DNA of 64,000 nt from Verrucomicrobiaceae bacterium (GTDB taxonomy: Bacteria > Verrucomicrobiota > Verrucomicrobiia > Verrucomicrobiales > Akkermansiaceae). Where the stretch lies: positions 1,846 to 65,845 of the forward strand of contig JAIXQS010000128.1 in the NCBI GenBank assembly GCA_027485615.1. The letters are read 5' to 3'. The notes below the pieces were generated by a model. That model was given only the letters and a program-made list of their open reading frames with translations, was not told where the DNA came from and did no database searches. Shown in pieces: positions 42,690 through 53,099 of the stretch. Made by a program: the position numbers and the translations under genes. Positions within the stretch are counted from its first letter, which is position 1. Every line of letters begins with the position of its first letter.

Positions 42690-44086
42690 ACCCGCGTCTC
42701 CTCGTTTTTCCCGGATTCCTGTTGCTGGCCTCCTGCATGGTGGGCCCGGATTTCCAGCTTCCCGGAGTCTCCGGCGGCACGAAATGGAAGCAGTCCGCGT
42801 CCACCGCCGCCACGCCCTTGCCGGACAACTGGTGGCGGCTCTTCAACGACCGCGAACTGACCCGCCTTGTTGATCGCGCCCTCGCCGCGAACAACGACCT
42901 CGCCGCCGCCAAGGCACGGGTTGAAACTTCGCGCGCCCTGGTGGGCTTGGATCGCGCCAAGCTTTTCCCCACCCTCGATCTAACAGGATCGGCCGGAATC
43001 AACCGATCATCCACCGATGCATTGGAAGCGAATCTCCCGCCGGGAGTGAACGTTCCTCTGGAGCAACAACGCTACCGCAGCACCTTCGACCTCGCCTATG
43101 ATCCCGATCTCTGGGGTCGGAACAAACGCGCCATCGAAGCCTCATCCGCCCAAGCCGCCGCCGCAGAGGCTTTGCTCGACTCGCAGCGTCTCGGCATCGC
43201 CACGGAGGTTGCCCGGCAGTATTTCCTCCTGCGTGGTCTCGATGCGCAGGCGGCCGTGCTCCAGGACACCATCAAGAGCCGCCAGGATGCGCTCGACATC
43301 CAGAAATCCCGCACCGAAGCGGGCTTGGACGATGGCATCGCCACCAGCCGTGCACGCACGGAAGTCGAGCTCGCCGACAACGACCTCAGCCTCGTCCAGC
43401 GCCAGCGCGGCTCGGCGGAACACGCCCTTGCCGTGCTTTGCGGGACGGCTCCCTCCGGATTTTCCATCGGTCGGAGCAGCCCGGTAAGCACCCTTCCCGC
43501 CATCCGCCCCGGTCTTCCCGCCCAAGTCCTCCACCGCCGCCCCGACGTGCGCGCCGCCGAGCAGAATCTCCGCGCCGCTTGTGCCGAAATCGGAATCGCG
43601 GAAGCGGCGTTTTACCCGAATTTCAGCCTCACCGCGGGAGGCGGATTCGAGTCCATCGAGGTCGCACGGTTTCTCGATTGGGAAAACAGGGTGCTCTCTC
43701 TCGGTGCCGGAGTCGCGGCGCCGATTTTGAGAGGCGGTGCCAACAAGGCGAACTATCAGGCCGCCCTCAGCCGCTACGACGAGGCTCTCGCCGCCTACCG
43801 CCAATCCTTGCTCATCGCCTTGCGGGAAGTGGAGGATGCCCTCGTCGATCTCAAGGGTCTCGCCAAATCGCGGGCTTCGTTGGAAAGCGCGCTCAAAAGT
43901 TCTCAGGATACGAAAAGCCTCTCCCAGGAGCGCTACGACAAAGGGATCACCAGCTATTTCGAAGTGGTCGATGCCGAGCGCGGCGTGCTGCAGATCCAGC
44001 TTTCACTGAGCCAACTCCATGCCGACCAGCGCATCACTCTCGCTGCCCTCGCCAAAGCTCTCGGTGGTGGCTGGAGCGGAAAGTGA
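42686..44086 (+). CDS. Outer-membrane efflux lipoprotein, NodT family
   Basis: Lipobox LLASC. Duplicated TolC-type halves (LFPTLDLTGSAG / FYPNFSLTAGGG). Ends ALGGGW. Confidence 0.9.
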   Translation: MNPRLLVFPGFLLLASCMVGPDFQLPGVSGGTKWKQSASTAATPLPDNWWRLFNDRELTRLVDRALAANNDLAAAKARVETSRALVGLDRAKLFPTLDLTGSAGINRSSTDALEANLPPGVNVPLEQQRYRSTFDLAYDPDLWGRNKRAIEASSAQAAAAEALLDSQRLGIATEVARQYFLLRGLDAQAAVLQDTIKSRQDALDIQKSRTEAGLDDGIATSRARTEVELADNDLSLVQRQRGSAEHALAVLCGTAPSGFSIGRSSPVSTLPAIRPGLPAQVLHRRPDVRAAEQNLRAACAEIGIAEAAFYPNFSLTAGGGFESIEVARFLDWENRVLSLGAGVAAPILRGGANKANYQAALSRYDEALAAYRQSLLIALREVEDALVDLKGLAKSRASLESALKSSQDTKSLSQERYDKGITSYFEVVDAERGVLQIQLSLSQLHADQRITLAALAKALGGGWSGK

Positions 44087-44219
44087 AGTTGAGAGGCTGA
44101 CATGACCGGGAGGTCGAGGAGGTCATCACCGGATTGTTCGGGTGAGAGGATAGGGGTTGAAAGCCCGCCCGCCGTGCCCCATCGTCACACGTCCCTCGAA
44201 TCGGGGGGTTCTGAACATT

Positions 44220-46898
44220 ATGAAAAAGGCGATTACGATGATGACGATCCCCATGCTTGCGGCGGGAGCCGCATCGGGGCAGGGGGAATTCGATGCCGTC
44301 AAGCGCGGCGGGGAGTTGTTCGAGACGATGGGCTGCATCGTCTGCCACTCCGTCGCCAAGGACGACCTCGCCACCAAGACCGGCCCTAGCCTCCACGGCC
44401 TTTTCGTGACAAATCCACGCGACCGCGAGGTGCTTGGAAAAAAGAAGAGGCAGTCGGTGAAAGCGGACCGGGCTTATTTCCAGCGTTCCATGAGAAACTC
44501 ATGGGACGAACTCGCCATCGCGGAGAGCGGCCCGACGAAAGGCACGCCTTACGGGGCGGTGATGCCTTCCTTCGCGCCCGAGGTGATTTCCGACGAGGAT
44601 CTTGAGGCGGTGTGGCATTACGTCCGCACGCTGGCCGATGGCGACAACGCCGGACCCGCCCAGGTGATGCTTACGAAAAAGGACGCACCTGCGGCGGCCT
44701 CGCCGTTGGAAATCCCCGGTGAGGAGCCGGTGGCGGATCGCACCCGCGTTTTCCGTGCGCCGGTTCCGGGCACCAGCGGTCGCGCTGTGGTGGTGGGTCA
44801 GCCCAACGGCGCGAGCTACGCCTTCGATCCGCGTTTCCTCTCGCTCCGTGAGATCTGGACGGGAGCTTTCCTCAACCTCAAGGAAGAGCGCAACGGCCGC
44901 GGCGGCAAGCCCTCCAACCCGGGCAAGGGCGCGAAGATGCTGCGTTACGGCAAACCGGTGCTCGCGCCGCTGACCTCCGGCGGCGAGGTGGTGGACTTCG
45001 AGTTCAAGGAACCCGACGTGAACGACTCCGAAGCGCAGATCAAATATCTCAACGACAAGGTCGACCAACTCGACCGCCTCGCGGCGCTGGACGCGGAATA
45101 TCTGGGTCATAGCCTTGGGCCGAAGATTGGATATCCGGTGTTCATGTTCCGCGTTGGGAAAAACAACCTCATGCAGGATATCCTGATCTCCGATGACGGG
45201 GAACTCAGCATCGTGGTGCGCGGCGAAATCAAGGAAGCGCAAAGCTTCCAAGTGGGCGCAGAAGGTCTCGCGGATGTGCGCGTCGAGGGCGGCGAGTTGA
45301 AGGGCAATATCTGGACTCTTCCGGTTTCCGCCGATGGCAAACTCCACACCTTGAAAGCCCGCTTCGACGGTAGACTTGTCGCACGCCCCGCTCTCCCGCG
45401 CGGCGAGGACTGGACGCCGCAGCCTCTGGTCATCAAGCCTTCCGAACCCGGCAAGAAACCGCTGGAACTGCCCGCCGGTTACTCCGCGATGACCTGGGAG
45501 TCCCCGCTCGATCTCTTCGGGCGCGCCCAGCTTTTCGAGCCGACCGGCATCGCGATCGCGAAGGACGGCACCATCGTCGTCTCCACCCGCACCGCCGGCG
45601 TGTGGCGCATCCGGGACGGGAAATGGTCGCTGTTCGCGGAGAACGCCTACGAGTCGCTCGGTGTGGTGATCGAGGATGACAAGGGCGATTGCATCGTGAT
45701 TTCCCAGAAACCGGAAATCACCCGCCTGATCGACATGGATGGCGACGGGCGCGCGGACATGTTCAAGACGGTCTGCGACGATTTCGGTTTCCACGGAAAC
45801 TACCACGAATACACCCACGGCCCAGTCCGTGACGAGGCGGGGAACTATTATTTCCTGCTCAATCTCTCCCATGACCATCATAACGAGAAAACCTCCTGGC
45901 GCGCGGGCGGCCCGTTCATGGGGTCGATGGAAGGATTCCGCGGCTGGGCTTGCCGGGTGACACCGGAGGGGAAATTTGAACCCTACGCGAACGGCCTCCG
46001 CAGCCCGGCGGGCATCGGTTTCGCGCCGGACGGCCGTCTCTGGTATGCCGAGAACCAGGGCGAATACGTTGGCTCCTCCAAGTGGGTGCCGCTTGAGCAA
46101 GGCAAGTTCTACGGCCACATCTCCGGCCTCGTCAGCCTGCCCGGCATGACCCCGGAATCCGCCGAAATCCAATACCCGCTCTGGAAAGACAAGCTCCGCA
46201 AGGGCGCGGTCTGGCTCCCGCACGGCAAGCTTTCCAACTCCCCCGGCAACCCGGCGTGGGACACCACCGGCGGAAAATTCGGCGTCCACCAAGGCCAGGT
46301 TTTCATCGGCGACCAGACGCTCTCGACCATCTTTCGCATCGTCACCGAGAAGGTGGACGGCGAGGATCAGGGCTGCGTGGTTCCCTTCGCGCGGGGCATG
46401 TCCTCGGGCGTGATGCGTCCCGTTTTCCTTCCGGACGGCAGCCTGCTTGTCGGCCAGACAGGCCGTGGCTGGATCTCGAACGGCGGCAGCCAGGACAAGC
46501 TCCAGCAGATCGTGTGGGACGGCAAAACCGTGGCGGCGGATATCCAGGGCGCTTCCGCAGCGAAGGACGGCTTCACCCTCCGTTTCACGAAACCGCTCGC
46601 GGCGGATGTCAACAACGAGGCGCTGGCCGCGAAGTTCAAGATGTCTTCCTGGTTCTACACGAACGACGGGAAATACGGATCTCCGCAGCACGACAAGCGC
46701 GACGAAACGATCTCCGGAGCGGAGATTTCCGCCGACCGCCTTTCCGTAACGCTCAAGCCCAACGGTTTCGGCCAGGGGGACAACTGGCTCGTCCGCATTT
46801 ACCACATACACCTCACCGACACCGCCGGCCTGTTCGGCGACGCGCCGGTTTGGAAAGCGCTGGAAACCTACTACACCCTGAACGCAATCCCGAAATAA
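44220..46898 (+). CDS. Secreted c-type cytochrome domain fused to a beta-propeller (sugar-dehydrogenase-like) protein
   Basis: Start at ATG 44220 (MKKAITMMTIPMLAAGAASG). Heme motif GCIVCHS. FEPTGIAIAKDGTIVVSTRTAGVWRI...DMDGDGRADMF propeller-blade-like blocks. Confidence 0.8.
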   Translation: MKKAITMMTIPMLAAGAASGQGEFDAVKRGGELFETMGCIVCHSVAKDDLATKTGPSLHGLFVTNPRDREVLGKKKRQSVKADRAYFQRSMRNSWDELAIAESGPTKGTPYGAVMPSFAPEVISDEDLEAVWHYVRTLADGDNAGPAQVMLTKKDAPAAASPLEIPGEEPVADRTRVFRAPVPGTSGRAVVVGQPNGASYAFDPRFLSLREIWTGAFLNLKEERNGRGGKPSNPGKGAKMLRYGKPVLAPLTSGGEVVDFEFKEPDVNDSEAQIKYLNDKVDQLDRLAALDAEYLGHSLGPKIGYPVFMFRVGKNNLMQDILISDDGELSIVVRGEIKEAQSFQVGAEGLADVRVEGGELKGNIWTLPVSADGKLHTLKARFDGRLVARPALPRGEDWTPQPLVIKPSEPGKKPLELPAGYSAMTWESPLDLFGRAQLFEPTGIAIAKDGTIVVSTRTAGVWRIRDGKWSLFAENAYESLGVVIEDDKGDCIVISQKPEITRLIDMDGDGRADMFKTVCDDFGFHGNYHEYTHGPVRDEAGNYYFLLNLSHDHHNEKTSWRAGGPFMGSMEGFRGWACRVTPEGKFEPYANGLRSPAGIGFAPDGRLWYAENQGEYVGSSKWVPLEQGKFYGHISGLVSLPGMTPESAEIQYPLWKDKLRKGAVWLPHGKLSNSPGNPAWDTTGGKFGVHQGQVFIGDQTLSTIFRIVTEKVDGEDQGCVVPFARGMSSGVMRPVFLPDGSLLVGQTGRGWISNGGSQDKLQQIVWDGKTVAADIQGASAAKDGFTLRFTKPLAADVNNEALAAKFKMSSWFYTNDGKYGSPQHDKRDETISGAEISADRLSVTLKPNGFGQGDNWLVRIYHIHLTDTAGLFGDAPVWKALETYYTLNAIPK

Positions 46899-46899
46899 C

Positions 46900-49647
46900 A
46901 TGATCCTACGCTGCGCCCTCGCCTTGGCCGTTTCACTGCAAGCATCCGCCGTCGTGACTCCTCTCGATCTCAAGGCGGATGGCAAATCGGATCCGCTCGC
47001 CGCTGCCGCAGCGCCCCGACTCTCATGGCGCATCGAGTCGGACGCGCGGGGCGTCCGCCAGACCGCGTGGCAGATTCTCGCCGCCAGCAAGCCGGAGCTT
47101 TTGGCGGAGGGCAAAGCGGATCTCTGGGACTCGGGGAAAACCGCCACCGAGCGCTCGCCTTTCGTGAAATACGCGGGCAAGGCGCCGCAACCCGGCAAGC
47201 CCTGCCACTGGAAAATCCGCGTCTGGACGGACGGTGAAAAGCCCTCGGAATGGAGCGCGCCCGCCTTCTGGGAGCGTGCGCCCGATTGGGGTTCCGCGAA
47301 ATGGATCGATGACGGGAAATCCAACCCCGAAAAAGACGAGGACTTCTACAAACCCGATCCCGCCCCGCTGCTCCGCAAGGAATTCGTCCTGGAAAAACCC
47401 GTCGTCCGCGCCCGCCTCCACATCGCCGGACTCGGCATCGGCATCCCGAGCCTCAACGGCTCCCGCGTCGGCGATGAGCCGCTCGGCCCGCCGTGGACGA
47501 ATTTCGACAAGCGCGTCCTCTACAGTACCTTCGATGTGACCAAACAGCTTTCCGAAGGCGAAAACTGCCTCGGCATCGCGCTCGGCAACGGCTGGTACAA
47601 TCCCCTGCCTCTGCGCTTCTGGGGCAGCCGCAACATACGCGACAGCCTTCCCGTCGGGCGCCCCCGCGCCATCGCCATGCTGGTGGCCGAGCACGCCGAT
47701 GGTACTACAACCACAGTAGCAACCGGCGAAGGTTGGAAAACGGGCACGGGAGCCACGCTTTTCAACAACCTCTACCTCGGCGAAGTCCGCGACGCCCGCC
47801 TCGCCGTGTCGGGCTGGGACAAGGCCAGGTTCGATGCCTCCGCGTGGAAACCCGCGCGGGTCACGGCAGACACGCTCGATGTCCTGCAACCCATCGAAAC
47901 TCCCCCCGTGCGCTCGCTTGAACCGATCCCCGCCGTGGCCGTGACGACGCCGAAACCCGGCATGCACGTCGTGGATTTCGGGAAAAATTTCACCGGAGTG
48001 CCCGAGATCAAAATCAACGCCCCGGCGGGCACCAAGGTCACGCTCCGCTTCGGCGAGCTGCTTCACGCCGACGGCACGCTCAACGTGATGACCAGCGTCG
48101 CGGGGCAGATCAAACGCAAGAAAAAGGACTCCGACGAATCGGTCGGCGGCCCCGGCGCACCGGAGATCGCCTGGCAGCAGGACGTGTTCATCTCCGCCGG
48201 AAACGGGGAAACGTACCGCCCGGATTTCACGTTCCACGCCTTCCGCTACATGGAGGTCACCGGCCTTCCCGAAGCGCCCGCGGCCGCCGATGTCCGCGCC
48301 TTCCACACCCATTCCGCACTCCCCTCCGCGAGCAAATTCTCGTCCTCAAACCCGCTCCTGAACGAGATCCAGGAAATTTGCCTCCACACCTTTCTCGCCA
48401 ACGTCGTCAGCGTCCAGTCCGACTGCCCGCACCGCGAGCGCTTCGGCTATGGCGGCGACATCGCCGTCACCAGCGAGACCTACCTGATGAATTTCGACAT
48501 GCAGGGCTTCTATGCGAAAACCGCCCGCGACTGGGCCGACGCCGCGCGCCCTGACGGTCGTCTCACCGACACCGCGCCCTTCGTCGGGATCGACTATTGC
48601 GGGGTCGGCTGGGCGATGGCGCATCCGCTCCTCCTTGAGCAGCTCTACATCCACTACGGGGACCGTAGTTTGCTGGAGGAGCAGGTTCCGGTGGCGCTGA
48701 AATGGCTGGAAACGGAAGCAGCCGCGCGCAAGGACGGCCTTGTCGTCAAAGGCCTCGGCGACCACGAGGCGCTCACGCAATCCAAAGGCCCGGAGATGCT
48801 CACGCCGATGTTCGTGGATGCCGCCAGCCGCTGCGCCCGCCTCGCGGAGATCATCGGAAACAAGGAAGCCGCTGCCCGCTGCCATGCCATGGCCAAGGAA
48901 TCGGCGGTTGCCTGGGGCGAGGCTTTCTACGATCCCGAAACCGGCAAGGCGGCGACCGGATCACAGACCGAACAGCTTTTCGCCCTCGGCTTCGGGGCGG
49001 TGTCGCCTGAGGAAAGGTGGAAGGCGTTCGAGCGCCTCGTCGATGCCGTGAACGGAGCGGAAAACGGCCCCGCCCTGACCACCGGCATTTACGGCACCCG
49101 TTTCCTGATGGAGGAGCTGTCCAAAGGCGGGCGCAGCGACCTCGCATACCAACTCGCGGTGAAGAAAACGTTCCCCTCATGGGGCTGGATGCTGGAAAAC
49201 GGCGCGACGACCCTCTGGGAGGATTGGCAGGGAACCGACAACGTGAAATCCCACAATCACCCGATGTTTGGCTCCATCTCCGGCTGGTTCCACCGCTGGC
49301 TCGGCGGCATCCAGGTGGCGGAGGACGCGGTGGGCGCGGATCGCATCGTGATTCGCCCGCAGCTTGTCGATGGCATCACCCAGGTGATGTGCTCGCACCG
49401 CACGATCCGCGGCTCCGTCATTTCAAACTGGACGAAAGGGGAGGGGAAAACCGAATTCGAAATCACCATCCCGCCCGACTCCGAAGCCCTCGTTTGGCTG
49501 CCCGGTGCGAAAGGAAGTTCCCTTATGGAAGGCGGAAAGCCCATTCAGGACGCCGATGGTGTTGATGGCATGGATTTTAATCCCGGCGTGAATTGCCACA
49601 GGTTTCACCTCGGCTCCGGCACCTACCGCTTCACCGTCATCCCATAA
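46900..49647 (+). CDS. alpha-L-rhamnosidase (GH78)
   Basis: PRLSWRIESDARGVRQTAWQILAAS, LHIAGLGIGIPSLNGSRVGDEPLGPPWTNFDKRVLYSTFDVT, SDCPHRERFGYGGD and TLWEDW. Starts 1 nt after the upstream stop. Confidence 0.9.
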   Translation: MILRCALALAVSLQASAVVTPLDLKADGKSDPLAAAAAPRLSWRIESDARGVRQTAWQILAASKPELLAEGKADLWDSGKTATERSPFVKYAGKAPQPGKPCHWKIRVWTDGEKPSEWSAPAFWERAPDWGSAKWIDDGKSNPEKDEDFYKPDPAPLLRKEFVLEKPVVRARLHIAGLGIGIPSLNGSRVGDEPLGPPWTNFDKRVLYSTFDVTKQLSEGENCLGIALGNGWYNPLPLRFWGSRNIRDSLPVGRPRAIAMLVAEHADGTTTTVATGEGWKTGTGATLFNNLYLGEVRDARLAVSGWDKARFDASAWKPARVTADTLDVLQPIETPPVRSLEPIPAVAVTTPKPGMHVVDFGKNFTGVPEIKINAPAGTKVTLRFGELLHADGTLNVMTSVAGQIKRKKKDSDESVGGPGAPEIAWQQDVFISAGNGETYRPDFTFHAFRYMEVTGLPEAPAAADVRAFHTHSALPSASKFSSSNPLLNEIQEICLHTFLANVVSVQSDCPHRERFGYGGDIAVTSETYLMNFDMQGFYAKTARDWADAARPDGRLTDTAPFVGIDYCGVGWAMAHPLLLEQLYIHYGDRSLLEEQVPVALKWLETEAAARKDGLVVKGLGDHEALTQSKGPEMLTPMFVDAASRCARLAEIIGNKEAAARCHAMAKESAVAWGEAFYDPETGKAATGSQTEQLFALGFGAVSPEERWKAFERLVDAVNGAENGPALTTGIYGTRFLMEELSKGGRSDLAYQLAVKKTFPSWGWMLENGATTLWEDWQGTDNVKSHNHPMFGSISGWFHRWLGGIQVAEDAVGADRIVIRPQLVDGITQVMCSHRTIRGSVISNWTKGEGKTEFEITIPPDSEALVWLPGAKGSSLMEGGKPIQDADGVDGMDFNPGVNCHRFHLGSGTYRFTVIP

Positions 49648-49650
49648 CTC

Positions 49651-52038
49651 ATGCACATCATCCCCTTACCCGCCCTCGCCGCCGCAATCTCCGGTCTCCT
49701 CATAACCACGCCGATTTCATCCGCCGAGGTGATCCCGGGTGCGACCGAGAGCACGCCCTCGCTGTCCCAGTATTTCTCTTGGATCAACAACACGAACGAA
49801 GGCTCCACCGAGGCGCAGACGCTCGCGAACCTCGCCTTTTTCAAATGGCTCCACGACGAGTATGGGATGAAACTGGACATCTACGCGTTCGACGCGGGAG
49901 CCATCGACGGCCCGGAATATTACGGCAGCACCGAGACGGAGAAGTTCAAGGCGCAGTTCCCGCGCGGCTTCAAGCCGATCTACGAATACGCGAAAAGCTT
50001 CGATTGCCGCCTCGGCGTCTGGCTTGGGCCGGACGGTTTCGGCGATACGCCGGAGGAGGAGAAAAAGCGCATCGACATGCTCGTCGGGTTCTGCCGGGAC
50101 TATGAGTTCGCCCTTTTCAAAATGGACGCCGTCTGCACCCAGCTCCGCCCGGAGAAGCGGGATGCCTTCGCCCGCCTGATGACCGAGTGCCGCAAGCACA
50201 GCCCCGACCTCATCCTCCTCAACCACCGCCTCGACCTCGGCGATGCGAAGGAGCACGCCACCACTTTCCTCTGGGGCGGCGCGGAGACCTACATCGACGT
50301 CCACATGGTGAACAAGGACAGCACCGGCACCCACAACCGCGTCCAGGCCATCTCGCGCGGCATGGTGCCGGATCTGAAACGCCTCACCGAAGACCACGGC
50401 GTCTGCATTTCCTCCTGCCTCGATTTCTGGGAGGACGATCTCATCCTCCAGGCCTTCAACCGCAGCCTCATCCTCGCCCCGGAAATCTACGCGAACCCAT
50501 GGTTCCTCCGCGACGACGAGTTCCCCAGGCTCGCCCGCATCTACAACCTCCACCGCCGTTACCGCGACATCATGGTAAAAGGCATGGTGCTCGATGAAAA
50601 ACGCTACGGCCCGCTCTCCGCCTCGCGCGGCGATGGCAAGACCCGCCTCATCACCCTCCGCAACCTCACCTGGGAGCCGGTCACGTACAAGGTGAAGCTC
50701 GATGCCTCCATCGGCCTCGATTCGAAAGCGCCCGTCAGCCTCCGCCGCCATCATCCCGGCGAGGAGATTCTCGGCACCTTCGAATACGGCGAGGAGGTCT
50801 CCGTGGAGGTCGCGCCGTTCCGCAGTTGCCTGCTGCTGGCGAGTGCCGGGAAAATCGAAGAGGTCGGACTCAAGGGAAGCGATTACGAACTCGTCCGCGA
50901 TGTTCCCGGAAAGGACGTCATCATCAACATCCTCGGCGGGGCAGGGGAGAAGTCTTCCGTTTCCCTCGCAGGCGGCCGGAAATTTTCAAAAGCCACCCTC
51001 GACGGCAAGCCCGTCCCCGACCTGATCGCCGGAAAAACGGCGGAGCTTTCCTTTCCCGGAACGCCCGACCGCGACGCGTGGCACCGCAAGGTCGGCTCAC
51101 CGAAAGTGGTGGAGACACCCGCCGACGCGGAGGAGATCTACGAAACCGGCTGCTTCGCCGCCGACAACGATCCGCTCGAGCACCGCTCCCTCCGCCGCTC
51201 CGGCGCGACCGAAATCCCGCAGGTGCAGACCGCCCGCGATTTCTTCGTGAACCAACCCATCATCGCCGAGCGCGGCATCCTCCAGGGATACCTCTTCGAT
51301 GGCAAGGCGGAGACTGTTTACGACTTCCTCCGCATGCGCGAAAAGGAACCCGAGAGCCGCTACCTGCGCATCGATCTCGGCAGGGCGCAGCCGCTCGACC
51401 ACATCCTTCTCGAAGCCCCCGCCGCAGGCGAAATCCTCCACTCGGAAATCACCGAAGCCCGCCGCGCCGAGGTTTCCGCCGATCTCAAAACCTGGTCGCC
51501 CGCCAAACTCGTGCAGGATGGCCGCAACATCCGCATCGAATGCCCAGGGCAATTTCGCTACATCCGCACGAACCTCGTCCCCTCCAAGCTCGCCGAGATC
51601 CGCGGCGTGACCGGCGGCAAGGAACTCGACCGCACCGGCTGGCGCATGTCCTACCTCTTCCCCGCCTTCCGCGAGGTGCAAAAGGCATGGTCGCTGCCCT
51701 TCGTCCTGGAGAAAACCCCGAAAACCGGCTACCTCGCCGTCGCCTGCAACGGCGAACACGGCCGCGAGGGCGTATGGGCGTCCCTGAAAGTGGACGGGAA
51801 AATCATCGGCCCCGCCGACCGCGCGCCTTCCTTCCCCGTGAACCCCTGGGAATACCCCGTCCGCAAGACCGATGGCAATTACACCTTCTTCTTCCCCCTC
51901 ACCCCCGACATGGCCGGGAAAAAATGCGAGGTCGTCGTCCTCGCCTTCGATCCCGCGAAGACCGCCTTCACCCCGGAGGTCTGGCAAACCGTCTCCGCCA
52001 CCCCGTGGGAGACCAAGACGCTGATCCTCAGCGAGTGA
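49651..52038 (+). CDS. Secreted hypothetical glycoside-hydrolase-like protein with a discoidin (F5/8 type C)-like domain
   Basis: 795-aa ORF with a signal peptide. TIM-barrel-like YFSWINNTNEGS...DIYAFDAGAIDG...LFKMDAVC. RYLRIDLGRAQPLDHILLEAP resembles discoidin domains. Function not assignable by eye. Confidence 0.7.
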   Translation: MHIIPLPALAAAISGLLITTPISSAEVIPGATESTPSLSQYFSWINNTNEGSTEAQTLANLAFFKWLHDEYGMKLDIYAFDAGAIDGPEYYGSTETEKFKAQFPRGFKPIYEYAKSFDCRLGVWLGPDGFGDTPEEEKKRIDMLVGFCRDYEFALFKMDAVCTQLRPEKRDAFARLMTECRKHSPDLILLNHRLDLGDAKEHATTFLWGGAETYIDVHMVNKDSTGTHNRVQAISRGMVPDLKRLTEDHGVCISSCLDFWEDDLILQAFNRSLILAPEIYANPWFLRDDEFPRLARIYNLHRRYRDIMVKGMVLDEKRYGPLSASRGDGKTRLITLRNLTWEPVTYKVKLDASIGLDSKAPVSLRRHHPGEEILGTFEYGEEVSVEVAPFRSCLLLASAGKIEEVGLKGSDYELVRDVPGKDVIINILGGAGEKSSVSLAGGRKFSKATLDGKPVPDLIAGKTAELSFPGTPDRDAWHRKVGSPKVVETPADAEEIYETGCFAADNDPLEHRSLRRSGATEIPQVQTARDFFVNQPIIAERGILQGYLFDGKAETVYDFLRMREKEPESRYLRIDLGRAQPLDHILLEAPAAGEILHSEITEARRAEVSADLKTWSPAKLVQDGRNIRIECPGQFRYIRTNLVPSKLAEIRGVTGGKELDRTGWRMSYLFPAFREVQKAWSLPFVLEKTPKTGYLAVACNGEHGREGVWASLKVDGKIIGPADRAPSFPVNPWEYPVRKTDGNYTFFFPLTPDMAGKKCEVVVLAFDPAKTAFTPEVWQTVSATPWETKTLILSE

Positions 52039-52065
52039 ATGCGGAAACGCCCATCCCGCCCGTGG

Positions 52066-52112
52066 CTGGGACTTGCAGTCCCAGTCCGTCGGAGGGACTT
52101 GAAGTCCCCTCC
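52066..52112. repeat. Twin REP-like hairpins sharing the core GGGACTTG(C/A)AGTCCC
   Basis: CTGGGACTTGCAGTCCCAG (52066-52084) and GGAGGGACTTGAAGTCCCCTCC (52091-52112), just after the hydrolase stop. Confidence 0.6.
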
Positions 52113-52349
52113 TCTCCCTACCCTTTCCACACGGTTGCACAAAGCAATGCGATGCCAAAACGTGCGGGTCGTCCCGCCGGGGCGACCGCGGCTCTCCCAA
52201 CATGCCCGGACTTTTCATCCTTCCTGAACACATCCCCGCAAACCAAGACCCTGTTTGACACCCGCACCCCATTTCCCCACCTTCCTAACTGAAATGACCG
52301 TCCCGCATATCGGCGGTCGGTGATACTAATACCCATGTTATGCAAGAAT

Positions 52350-52790
52350 ATGAAAAATTTAGCCTTAGCCATTACTCTACTTGTTTCCCAGAGCACATAC
52401 GCGGATATCGCCGTAGAGTTCCTTAAGCCCGGAACGCTAACAGATCACAATGTAACGGTAGGAATTTATCCGATAGAAAACTCGGAGAAGAAGACGCTCG
52501 TTGTCTGCTTCCTTCCTGAGAATAAACATTACCTACTCGATTTACGTTGCCACGTCATTCTGGATGATTTCCAGGCGTCGATTCAGCAATCGCCATCGAA
52601 GGAGAAAAAGATGTTTCATTTTACGGGCGAGATCGAAACATTAAAACGGCTTGTGATTGGCTTCAGCACCGGAACAAGCTCAAAGAATGGATTTTCGTAT
52701 ATGATCATGATGAAGGACTTTATCGATGGTAATAATTCAAAAGAGCATAACAAGCCGGACATGGCGACGCCGAGGAAGCTGTCTGATTAA
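52350..52790 (+). CDS. Hypothetical small secreted protein (146 aa), low-GC
   Basis: ATG 52350, signal peptide MKNLALAITLLVSQSTYA. No recognisable motif. A sample line counted by hand has ~32% G+C. Confidence 0.6.
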   Translation: MKNLALAITLLVSQSTYADIAVEFLKPGTLTDHNVTVGIYPIENSEKKTLVVCFLPENKHYLLDLRCHVILDDFQASIQQSPSKEKKMFHFTGEIETLKRLVIGFSTGTSSKNGFSYMIMMKDFIDGNNSKEHNKPDMATPRKLSD

Positions 52791-53099
52791 ATTCGAGCTT
52801 CACCCCGGCGCGCCATTCCTTTACGTTAAAGAAATCCATTCTTCCGTGGAAACACCTCGTGTAGAAAACATCTGCTTACGCAAGACAAGGAAATGCACAT
52901 GGCCAAAAAGGAAAATAGCCTTCGCTGATTAGAAATCCATCGCGCCTACTAGTGGTCACTTTGGCTCTTTCAGCAGGTCGGTTACCCTTTCCAATGAATC
53001 AGGTTGCCTTCCAAGGAAACCGGAGAGCCCAATACGGCGCCCAAAGCCCCGAGTTCCTCCAGATCAAGGGGATACGCGTCTGATGTCGGCAAGCCGCGC

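Noticed and set aside
44499-47324. 941-aa minus-strand ORF spanning the cytochrome/propeller and GH78 genes
   Set aside because: Arg/Gly/Ala/Pro-rich low-complexity translation, antisense to two genes with clear family motifs, and it crosses a gene boundary. This is a typical high-GC shadow ORF.
50826-52292. 488-aa plus-strand ORF in an alternative frame of the 795-aa hydrolase-like gene
   Set aside because: Extreme Arg/Pro content (RRRG..PRP runs), and it continues through the REP hairpins into non-coding DNA. Not credible as a protein.
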